From Balanoglossus misakiensis (taxonomy: Eukaryota; Animalia; Hemichordata), in assembly GCA_040954595.2 (NCBI GenBank), contig CM082593.2:10739477-10803476 (forward strand): a stretch of 64,000 nucleotides of DNA, in the 5' to 3' direction. A model generated the notes under the pieces. It was not told where the DNA came from. It did no database searches and saw nothing but the letters and a program-made list of their open reading frames with translations. Of this stretch, positions 38,301 to 49,800 are shown piece by piece (position 1 is the first letter of the stretch; each line of letters begins with the position of its first letter). The translations under genes were made by a program, and so were the position numbers.

Positions 38301-41300
38301 TTTTTAACTTAATCTGATCCGCTGTTATTAAGTTTTTCAATTTTGACTATTTGAACATTTTTCCAGTTAATACCAGTATGCATTTTTTCGCAATAACAAT
38401 TTCTATGTACACACTAAATATCAGTAGTTTCAATTTTTTGATGTTGATGGACATACACATACATACATCAATACATTAAGACGAAACTGATCCATTCACA
38501 AAATACATAATTCTGTATGAGGCACACATACAGACATACATAGCCGACGGACACCAACTTATGCTATAAGCTGACATTTATATACATGTTAGCCAAAAAC
38601 CAAAATCAACCACAAAATAGACATTAAAATATATTGCACCACCATGAGAAGACAAATTCATTTTTTGACAAATTTTCTGGGGCGTCATTGATATAGCATG
38701 GCATATTGTCAAAGTACGTAGGCTCTGTGATAAGATTCCATACACACAAAATGGTAACCTTGGAAGTCCAGCTGACGTAGTTATGCAATGGCGTCTCGTG
38801 TATTCCGTCGCCAAAAAATCATCGTAAACTAATTGATAGTCGGGGTCACAATTCAAGACGACTTTCTCTAAATTCTTTATGAATGGATTAAATCGAAATC
38901 GAAATGTTGACGTATGACGTACGGAATGAGATCTGAACAGACATTCAATGTTATCATTCTCGCTCGATCACATTTTGGGTAGGCCATCTAGCAATCGCTA
39001 TATAGTATTGGCGATAACAGACTGTCTATAAACACACAAAACGGATTTTACTGTTGAGTGTGATCAACCGCCATGTTATTTTTCTCTGAACAATAGACAA
39101 ATAGAAAGCCTGGTGACATTTTGAGATTGACTGCGTGAGGACCACAATATGCGTGAATCATTTACGGTTTGTCTTGATGAATGGGTCACGTCATAGTCAT
39201 AACGCGGATTCGGCTGCACGCCAACTATCCGCCATATTGTCTCCACTAACTTACTCGTAAGTAGTTTCAAACTTCATTTGAAAAGAGTATTCGTCTGACG
39301 GTCCTGTAGATTAACAATTTACGCTCTATGAAGCAACTAAACAACGTTAGCTTCCTTGTGGATTCACGTAGGGAAGTTATTCGTAACGACGGGTACAGCG
39401 TCTGAGCATGGACAGAACCACGGCAATATCGCCAGGAATGTCTCATTTCACAGCGCCCTCAAACAGTCGATCTCCTCAAACTATCGTTTCCACTGGTCAT
39501 ATATGCAGCATTAACGAAAGCTCTCATAGACAACCATGTAATAGAAAAATTAAAACTTTAATAACTTCATTAATATCAAAGCCACACCCACCAAAACCTT
39601 TCCAGTTCTTGCCATATGATATCTGAACCTGTGTACTAAATTTGGTTGAAATCGGTTCAGCGGTTCTTGAGATATCGGGTATACAGACAGACACACACAT
39701 ACACAGACATCGCTAAACTATAAGCTCACGTGATTTTCAGGTGAGCTAAAAATTGGGTTACCCCTAGGAATATTCCTACCATATTTCAAAGCCATCAAAA
39801 AAGCAGTTTCAAAGAAAAACACATTTGTTCAAAAGTGGCAAAAACACAAATATGCAAACATCTCTATAATTGTACACCATCTTACTTCAATCACTACAAG
39901 GAACATTCCTGCCAAAATTCAAAGCAATCTGACAAGGGTTTGAACGGTTTAACATTAAACAGTTTTTGACAAAGATTGCAAAAAATATCCCCAATAACAC
40001 AAGCACGCAGTTTTAACCATTTTTATGACATCTTCCTTGGGTTACCCCTGGGAATCTGCCTACCAAATTGCAAAGCATTCTGACCATAATTGGCAAAATT
40101 GCTCAAAATTATAAATATGCCTATTTTACAACAATCTGAACAAAAAATATGGTAACTCGGACCACCCATAGGAAGCTTCATACTAAATTTCGAAGGAGTC
40201 GGACTATCGCTTTCAGAAGTGAAGATTTTTTTTTACCAATAATGTGGAAAAAGACAAAAAAAATTAATAAACATTAGAAAATTCATAATATTAGCTCACA
40301 ACATACAGGACTGTATGGGGTTCATTGACATACCAATCTGACCAGTGGTTGTCAAGTTTCTGACTTTTGACCAATTTCACATTTACACAGGTAATATTTT
40401 GGCAATGACAATTTAATTTGAACAAAATCCCATCTACAGCCCCGCCTGCATCTACACACTAAATATGGAAGTGATATGCCCAGCGGTTTTCATCCATTCA
40501 CTCATACATACAAATGCAACTGATTCCATAAGGTCCCAATCGTATATATGTACATAAACCAAATGGGACCTAAAAATTGCTCCAAAATTATAAATACGCA
40601 ATTTTTGGCAACAATTTAAACAAAACTATGGTTGGTAACTCAGATCACCTATGAAGCTTCATAATAAATTTCAAACAAGTCAGCTGATCAATTCCAGAAA
40701 GTAGGTTTTTACCGACAATGTGGAAAGAGACAAAAAAAATGCTTAAAAATAGAAAATTCACATTATTAGCTCACAACATGTAGAATTGTGAGAGGATACC
40801 ATAAGGTACATGCATACCAATTATCAATTTTGAAAGCAATTTGCCCAGTAGTTGTTGAGTTCCCAAGTTTTGACGAATTTGACACTTTCCCAGCTAATTT
40901 GCATATTTTGGCAATGACAACTTCACTTAGACAAACTCCCATCTACTGCCCTGTCTGCACATTAAATATCAAGGTGAAATGCCAGTAGTTTCCAAATGTT
41001 TGATGTTGATGGACATACAAACATCCATACATACAGGTGCAACTGATCCCGTAAGGTACCATGGTATAAATACATATACCAAATGGGACCTAATAATTCT
41101 GATAAAATGCGTACATACGTACATACATACAAGTCAGCAATAAGGAGACGGGATAGTGGGCTGGCACTGAGTGTCTATTTCTATTGCAAATTATAAACAT
41201 GCAGCAAGTGTAAAAACCACATGTACCTTCAACGTCCTTGGACAACACATTTTTGTAACTTTCCCAGATCAATGGCTAATATTACTTGCCAAAGGCGACT

Positions 41301-42977
41301 AGAATTTTGGGGGCCTGATGCAAGTCTGATACATGTACTTCATGATTTAGAGATATGATGAAAATCCTGTCAACCGAATTACAGGGAAATCAGATTTTCC
41401 ATGTAAAATCATATCACCCAAAAGTGTCAAAAATAATTTTGAAACAAAAAGTCTACTCAAAATCATACCAAAATTTAAATGTTAATGCAGTACGTTAGGC
41501 AAGCAATTTGAGAATGAAGAAACTTACAAAATAATTTATAAATTGTAAATAATTTACAAATGCCGCACACAAACTTACAATTACTACCATATTACTGAAC
41601 ATGTTAAAAGGACATTGTACCAGCAGAGACATTGTGATCGAGCAATCCCCAAGATATACATGACATGGTCTAATTACAAATATTGAATATGTAAAATATG
41701 TACACAACACTTCCAGTCTTACAGTACAGTCAGCTGCTTGTGAAAAATAGTCATGTAGCTATTTCATCAAATTTACAGCCCAAGTCTTGCCTATACAATT
41801 CTCCCTACTTTAAACACGTTTTAAGCTACCCTAAATGAGTGATGAAAATCTCATACGGTCGATAATTTCAAGATGGCCGATTTTTGCCATGTTAAAGAAA
41901 TGGGAGTTCATAAGCTAAAATGATGATGGGTCATTCTTGAACTTTTTAACAGAAAAAATAGCAAAAGTGAAAAAAAGTTTAATATGCTAACTACCGAGAC
42001 AGAAATGTTTGACCGAAGGAAGTCATGAAATACAGTAAACATATCATTTCTTCTATCTCTTACTACAGTTGGTTATGGACTTTCCGCCCAGAATGCAATG
42101 AGATTTGACACCTAGCGCAAAGTGAAAAACCTATTTAAGGCAGCCAGAATTTTCTGCATAGTATGACGGAAACATTTGTAAAGTCATGGCTAGCATGGGT
42201 TGGCAGGTTTATGGGACCCGCTCAGGTTCCCTCGAATAACACATAATGCATGATTGGTGACTGATTATTGTTTATTTGTTGATTTTGTCACATTTTCAGA
42301 AAAATCCCTATCAATCAGTCATATTTGTTTGGCCTTGCTATACAGCGCAATATGAATCTTGTTGACTGAAATTGTTGAGGATAGTGGTACATAAAGGTTA
42401 CCAATTGGAAAATATTAAAATGATTATTAGTGGTGTCCAACTCTTCATGATAACCAGTTGTGGCTTGCCACCACCATAATTTTAAAAGGGTGACTTCACT
42501 ATTTGATGGGAAAAGGTAGCATTTACAAACAAGCTATGGAGCATGTATACAGCAAGGTGTGCTTACCGGAAAGCGGTCTTGGATCAGGCCTAGGTATTCT
42601 CTTCCTCCTCCGGCATACGTTGAAATGCTGTGTTTAAGACTGTGAATCAAATATATGCAAATATTAATTAGTAACCAATCAACCTTGCTTTAGAATTATG
42701 TGGGCCATACAAATTAGTGAAAATATGCAAAACATGGTATAATATAGGGTCAGAAAAAATTTCCAGCCTGTTTGTGTCATGATTTACATTTTTCTTTCTG
42801 GCCTAAAGTATTGTTTTATTTCACTCTAAACAACATTACTTTCCTTCATGCGTCTAATATAATAACAGATCTCTTAGCCAGTTTGATTAAGCATAGTGTT
42901 GGACTAGCACACGTTCAGCCAAAGTTAAAGTATCTCCCTGTGTATTGATATGGGAGTAATTTTAGCTATATGGTTAA

Positions 42978-43324
42978 AGGGACAAAGTCTCTCTGTCGCT
43001 GTCCTTTTTCCATTAATTATGTTTGATACAAGACACTGTTTATGTCAATGTACATTTGGATATATAGTGAATAAATGATCAACCACACAAAACTTCCATC
43101 CCGCTTGTATGATATGAGAGTAAAAACTCGCCCAAAATGAATAAATGGTAAAGAACGATTATTCATTTTGGCGAGTATTTTTACTCTCGTGTCTACAAGT
43201 GGGACGGAAGTTGTGTGTGGCTGAACGTTCATTCACTATATATCTACATGTAGAATAACAAACGGTGTCTTGTATCAAATATAATTAATGGAAAAAAGGG
43301 CAGCGAGAGAGAGACTTTGTCCCT
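42978..43324. mobile_element. Fully palindromic TTAA-TSD MITE (Kolobok-like)
   Basis: ttaa|agggacaaagtctctct ... agagagactttgtccct|ttaa; the empty site tggttaaggaaat is present at about 36854. Confidence 0.9.
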
Positions 43325-43844
43325 TTAAGGAAATGCATCCACATTTATTTTATGCTCCACGTGAAGATTTGAACTTGTGAGTTGTCCATCTAATTCATGA
43401 CATCACGATCATATCACAAGCAATCGAGGCCAGAATTCGAAGGGGAAAAAACAGGTACGTTGTATTGAAAGCTGGAATATGTAAATTAGTTCGTAGACAT
43501 ACATTTCTTCCTATTGTTTCGGTTGCAACACCCGATAAAAGCAAATATAAAGCAAGTCATGCTTACCATTGAGCGGTCTTAAACTCGCCCCGGACAAGGA
43601 AGAGAATCCCGAGTTGAAACGCAGACAGTTTCAGGCAGCATCTGTGAATCAAATAGACATAGAAGTTAGTAACCAGTCATAGAAGCTCTGCGTGGCAGGG
43701 CTGCGTGTTAACGGCTATACCATAGCTCCCACTGGTAGCTTATAACAGTCTCAATGGTGCCAAAAATCTCCCCAACAACAAAACCAACCCTGGTCAGTTT
43801 ATTCGCTATCGCTTTGCCTTAAAAGTTATACTGTAGTGTGTTAC

Positions 43845-44259
43845 CACAGGGGGCTCCTTCCTCCGCGATTTTATTGTTTGTTTGTTGTTGTTGATTGGCA
43901 TAATAAACAAATACATATTTCTTTATTAATAAATATGGTTTGTTGACATGTAAGTGTTAGGGTATATTCAACAGTTAGGGTTACTGTTGGCATTTTTTTC
44001 GATCCACGGCCCCGGGCATCACTAAGCCACAGGGGGTGGGGGGGGGGGGGTTTGGGGGGGTGATGCCGGCCATGGATCGAAAAAATGCCAACACTAATTC
44101 TAACCGTTGAATATACCATAACCTGTCAAATATACCCTAATAACCTAACCCTTACATGTCAACAAACCATATTTATTAATAAAGAAATATGTATTTGTTT
44201 ATTATGCCAATCAACAACAACAAACAAACAATAAAATCGCCTAGGGAGAGCCCCCTGTG
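43845..44259. mobile_element. Palindromic MITE with a 7-bp TSD (GTGTTAC) and CA termini (possibly P-superfamily)
   Basis: gtgttac|cacagggggctc ... gagccccctgtg|gtgttac with long inverted arms. Confidence 0.85.
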
Positions 44260-44669
44260 GTGTTACGGTACCACCTGCTCCACAATAACAAAGCTGACTC
44301 GAGCCAACGAACGACGTACAATTTACTCGCACGGTGTAATATAACGCACAAATTCCATGCGACTGTGAGTTTACTGTTTGGTGCTGTAACGCTTCCCAAA
44401 GTCAGAATTTCGATGTTGGGGGGACCCTCTCGCCCTACCACGACCAGTTTTTGCGAGAAGGAGTGTACATGTACTTGTAAAATAACATTAAATGCCATGC
44501 TTACCAGAGAAACGACATCATCAAGCATGGAGGCGACCGGGACCTCCATGCTTGATGAACGTCAAAGCTGCAATGATTTTTCAAATGCAATGGTCAGCGG
44601 TACGAGAACGAGGCACCAGCTGTGCGTCAATTATGCAACTTACTTACTACTCAATCAGAATCCTGCTTC

Positions 44670-45200
44670 AACATGACGTAACACTAATTAGTCAAAGAAT
44701 GCAATGCAACGTATGTGTGCGGGTGGAGAATGCGCCTCACGTCAATGCAGACACACCAGACACACACACTGAAATGCAAATTGAGGAATTATGTCACGGT
44801 GATCTTTGGAAGTGCGAATGAATAAAATATTTCGTTTTCTTCAGTGTTTTTGTACTACAAAAAAAATTGCTAAAAAACGACTAGCAAGCGCTTATGCAAT
44901 GAAATACAAATAAATATAATTATCGCCAATTGGAAATGGAACGTCAATCCGCATTTGTCAAAAAATAACAGAAAAGACAAAGGAGCTGAGACGTCCTAAA
45001 ATAAAAGGAATGACCTCTCTGTTCTGACCTGTATGAGGAAGCCCTATTGTAATACGCAATATGTAGGATCATGCTACCATCCGCCATTCTGATTGGACGA
45101 GAGATCAATCCATCGATACGAAAGTACTCAATAGAGCACTGCTAAAACTGGCCCCTGAACTAATAGCATGCAACAGGGAAAACGTGACTAAATAAAAAAA
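44670..45200 (-). promoter_or_regulatory. Candidate promoter region upstream of the micro-exon transcript
   Basis: CRE-like tgacgtaa (about 44674) and cacgtca (about 44738), plus CCAAT motifs (about 44927 and 45092), just upstream of a gtaagt donor at 44647. Confidence 0.3.
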
Positions 45201-46826
45201 AATATAGCTGATAAATTTACGGACGGCCGGTTTATTTTTTAACTGCTCTATTGGAACTGTTGTCACTGTCATGCACGATGCATGTCTTGTCATTGCGCAC
45301 TCGTGTTAACATTCATCAGAGCGCCTTTCGATCAATTCGTAACGTTTACATTAGACTCGAGTTCATTTTCGTTATGAAAATGACATTGATATACACAAAG
45401 TCGATTACTGATATAAAATAATAGCAATAACCCTAACCATAGATTAGGCTATAGCATTCCGGTATTTTTTTCAATATCACTCAGGAAGGATTCTATAACA
45501 TTCTGTTTTGTATCGGGATGTATAATTTAATATCCATACTACAAAACAAATATCAGCGGTAACTCAGAAAATATTGTTGAAAATTTGTTCTCTGTAGGCC
45601 TAACCATGGTAAGATAATGCAATGCCGGTAAGTATTTTGGAAGTCAAGGTTGCATTGTATTGTCTGGTGTTCAAATAATCACAAACATCCCGGAAGACTA
45701 AATTCTTTCTGTCAAAACCACTTCTGCAACGACAAGAACTTTCAGGGCAGGCAAAACCATGGCATGAAGACGATATGAAGTCGATGAGTTAATGTTATGT
45801 TGAACCCGGCCACTTTACGTATCTTAACTATTCACACATTGACCATTCTATAATTCTCTCCCTTTTAATGTCTTCTTTGTGGTTTGTTTGTAAAAATGTT
45901 GCCTGTGTTGAAACTTGACTACTTGTCACTTTTGCCTACCAAGAATAATATGACCAAAAGGGGTGGCATGAAATTCTAGACTGTAACAAAACTCGATTTC
46001 ATGACCCAAAGTTTGATTTTATGTGTTTTTGGTTTGGACGTGGCAAAGACATGTAAATTCCGACCACCTATACACCATCCATACATGTATGAATCGACAT
46101 CATTTATTGCACGAGAGACTTCAAGCAAGCATTCCATCATCGCAAAAGGACAAAGAGAGAGCGACTTTGTCTCTTTAAATTAATTTAGCAAGTTCAAAGT
46201 GAATGCCCACATGAAAACCTTTACTCAGCAATTTTTTTTGTAATTAATAAAACTAGGTTTGGTATGTTTTTGCGCTTGTTTTATTTTCCTTTTGTCTATA
46301 AATAGTCGTATATTTTAAAACAGCTAAAATGAGTCAAATGGGGCATTTTTCCATCCCACCTCATCCTAGCTAAGAGCTTCAGTGCCGGTCACCTCCACAA
46401 AATTAATTTACCACGAACAAATTGAAATACAGCCAATCGGAAAAAGTGCGCCACCACATGGTCATTTGAAGACTTTTATGCTCTCTTCTGGCCGTAAACG
46501 CATGTGATCTGGAATAAATCGAACATCGATCGTGTTTTATTTATTTTCACCACCAGCGAAAATCTACGACGGCCCAACCGCAGATTATTGCTGCTCCATA
46601 CAACAACCGGCTTAAACTGTTCTGTGCATGTGTTTTGTGTTCTGGTGGCGTTTGCGGGTCTGAGACGTCATTTGTAGAAGGCCCTATTCGTTTTCTACCA
46701 ATAACTTTTACCAACCATGCTAGAACTATTTCGTTTTCTTTGACGACGCTTGACACTTTTCTTGCTTTGTTGTTAGTACATGTAGTTTGTTTGTTCGTTA
46801 CGTCTGTTACTGGGGTTCTTCACTTG

Positions 46827-49800
46827 TAGTCTGGTTACACTATGAGATAGGTGCCGTTAATCAGAATTTTTGGTAAGGAAGGTTTGAGAAGTCCATTCTA
46901 TGTAAAAAATGGTGCTCATTCCAAAAAAGTCAGTCTTATTAACCCCACTCAAGACAAAATTGCCATTTTGGCCATTTTTAACCCCAAAATGGTCTTTTTT
47001 TAGAAAACACTAAAAACACATTGTTTTCGTCACATTCTGAGATCTGATAACATATGATATGCTTATTCTATGTAAAATTTGGTGAATATTACGAAAAAAG
47101 TAGTTCGATTGACCCAAAACAACAGAAAATTGCCTTTTTGACCAATTTTTGCCCCAAAAACGTCATTTTTAGAAAAAAAATAAAACACACGGTTTTCTTC
47201 ATAATGATTGATCTGGTGATATATGGAAAGTCAATTCTATGTTAAAAGTGGTGACTTTAAAAAATAAAGCAGTCTTTTTGACCTCAATCAATACAAAAAT
47301 GCCATTTTTGGCCACTTTTTGTGGTCAAAAAAGGTCATTTTTACAAAAAAACTAAAAATAAATTGTGTTTATCATATTCAGAGATCATTGGATATATGAA
47401 ATGTCCATTCTATGTAAAAAATGGTGCTGATTCCAGAAATAGCAGTCTTATTGACCCTACTCAAGAAAAAATGCCATTTTTGCCACTTTTTGCCCCAAAA
47501 CGTCATTTTCAGAAAACACACAAAATTTATATATTTTCTTCACTTTCGGAGATCTGATAATGTATTATATGCCCACCCTATGTAAAATCTGGTGATTATT
47601 CGAAAAAAGCAGATTTATTGACCCAACCTAATGCAAAAATGCCCTTTTGGAAAGTTTTTGCCCCAAAAGGCCATTTTTAGAAAAAAAATTAAAAACAAAC
47701 TTTTCTTCATAAAGCTCAGAGATCATGTGATATATGAAATGTTCATCCTATGTAAAAAATGGTGCTGATTCCAGAAATAGCAGTCTTATTGATCCTACTC
47801 AAGAAAAAATGCCATTTTGCCACTTTTTGCCCCCAAAACGTCATTTTCAGAAAACACTCAAAATTTATATATTTTCTTCACTTTCGGAGATCTGATAATG
47901 AATTATATGCCCACTGTATGTGAAAAATTTCCAAAAAAGCAGTTTTATTGATGCCACTCAAGATAAAAGTGCCTTTTTGGCAAGTTTTTGCTCAAAAAGT
48001 GTCATTTCTAGAAAATACGAAAATTATGCCATTTTCTTCCCATTGGTGATCAAATGATAAATAAAAGTACTAAAAAACCCACTCTTACTGACCCCACTGA
48101 GGGAAAAAAATATCATTTTGGCCTCTTTGCTCAAAAAGGTAACTGTTAGAAAAAATAAATACAAACTTATTTCTTTATATTCAGAGCCCTTGTGATGTAT
48201 GTAAATTCGTTTTTTTTTTTGTGTGTGTGTGCAAAAAATATGCTGATACCAGCACAACGGTCTTATTGAGACACCCCGCTCAGTACAAAATTGCCATTTA
48301 GCCATCTTTTGGTCAACAATAGGCATTTTCAGAAAACAAATATAATTGATGTTTTTGCCTTTTGTGTTCTGATGTTGTATATGCATATTTAAAACGCCAT
48401 AACCATATAATGTCAATTAAATTGATGATATTGAAAGACAGGGTTGCCACAATTTGGCAAATTTAGCCCAAAACTGAACTTAACAATAAGATGATCCATG
48501 TATACGCACTGTCTACTATAAGTCGATTATGCGTGGTGTGGAATATTTAGGTTCAGATATGCCAGCTCGGGAGAGAGTGTTGAAATTTATTCTCTTCAAT
48601 CTGAATACAAAATCAGAAATTATATTATAATTTATATCATGATACCTCCGTCATACTGATTGGACAGGAGTGCAACGATGCTAGAATACTCAATAGAGCA
48701 CTGCTAAAACTGGCCCCTGAACTAGCACGCAGCAGGGAAAATGTGGGTTTAAACTAAATAAACATAAAACCCTTGACGTTTTAATTTGGAACTGCTGTAT
48801 GGGAATATTTGGGCAATGTGCAATGCCTTTCTTTTGTCATCTGTATCATGTTTAGAGCTTGGTCCCGGGCGGCGTGTTTACATTCATTGACGCGAGTTTT
48901 GTTCCATTCGTAACTTCTTTTCCTCTCGACGCTGTTTCATCATCATTATGAGTTCAACTTGGGCTAATTTTGCAAAAACTCCAAATACAAACATTTTTTC
49001 GGTACAAAATGGCTAAAATGATAATTTTTTCTTGAGTAGATCTATTTTTGGCTACAAATAGCAAAAAAGGCAATTTTGACAACCAGAGTGCCGTTTTTGG
49101 AATAGTCACCAAATTTTACACAGAATGGACTTTTCATACATGATCAGATCTCTGAATATGAAGAAAACAATTTTTCTTTAGTTTGTTTGTTTTTAATGAA
49201 CATTTTTGACCAAAAAAGTGGCCGAAATTACAAATTTCAATTGAATAGGGTAAGTAAGACTTCCGTTTTTGGAACAGTAACCACGTTTCAATATAGAATG
49301 GGCTTTTATTTATAATAAGATCACCGAAAGTGAAGAAAAGAGAATGCTTATTAATATATTCTTAAAAATAACAATTTTGTGCAAAACTTAGCCAAAAAGG
49401 TGATTTCATCATGGTTGAGGTAATTAAGACTGCATTTCTGGAATCAACACCTATTTTACAATAAATGTACTTTTCACACATCATAGAATCTCCAAATAAG
49501 AATCAAACAGTTTGTTTATAATGATTTTCGAAAAGTGGCTTTTTGGGCAAAAACTTGTCAAAAAAGCACTGTTTTCTTGAGTGGCGCTAGTAATTTTTTT
49601 TGAATTTTTTCACATAGAGTGGGTACATAATACATCATCATCTCCGAAAGTGAAGAAAATATAAAAGTTTTGGGTGTTTTCTAGAAATGACACTTTTTGG
49701 GCAAAAACTTGCCAAAGGGCACTTTTATCTTGGGTGGCATCAATAAAACTGCTTTTTTGGAAATTTTTCACATAAAGTGGGCATATAATACATTATCAGA

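Larger units (their letters stand above)
26879..41090 (-). mobile_element. Interval containing a cluster of related HINE/pearl-like repeat fragments (about 26.9-27.3, 27.9-28.4, 30.0-30.3, 30.8-31.4, 31.6-33.9, 37.6-38.6 and 39.6-41.1 kb)
   Basis: Recurrent core acatacaggactgtatg.ggt.gacataaggtacttgcataccaa, ACAG/ACAT microsatellite, and terminal ggtcccat..atgggacctaa hairpins. Confidence 0.7.
31620..43690. repeat. Direct segmental duplication: copy 1 about 31620-37203, copy 2 about 39820-43688
   Basis: Colinear high identity of non-repeat sequence (e.g. 33950-34600 vs 41220-41910, 35700-36012 vs 42440-42733, 36640-37203 vs 42740-43688) with copy-specific MITE insertions. Confidence 0.9.
33958..44700 (-). 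ncRNA. Putative spliced structured lncRNA built from micro-exons (first exon ending about 44648; C 44505-44567; B' 43567-43641; A' 42567-42639; D' 41227-41314; B 37082-37156; A 35832-35904; D 33958-34021)
   Basis: AG/GT boundaries on the minus strand (A and B share tatttgattcacag|...|gtaagca); no ORF longer than about 35 codons through C-B'; hairpins, inter-exon complementarity and one compensatory base-pair change. Confidence 0.5.

Noticed and set aside
35832-44567. Micro-exons as a protein-coding gene or hammerhead ribozyme
   Set aside because: The best frame through C-B' gives only about 35 aa; no CUGAnGA/GAAA core in the required arrangement.
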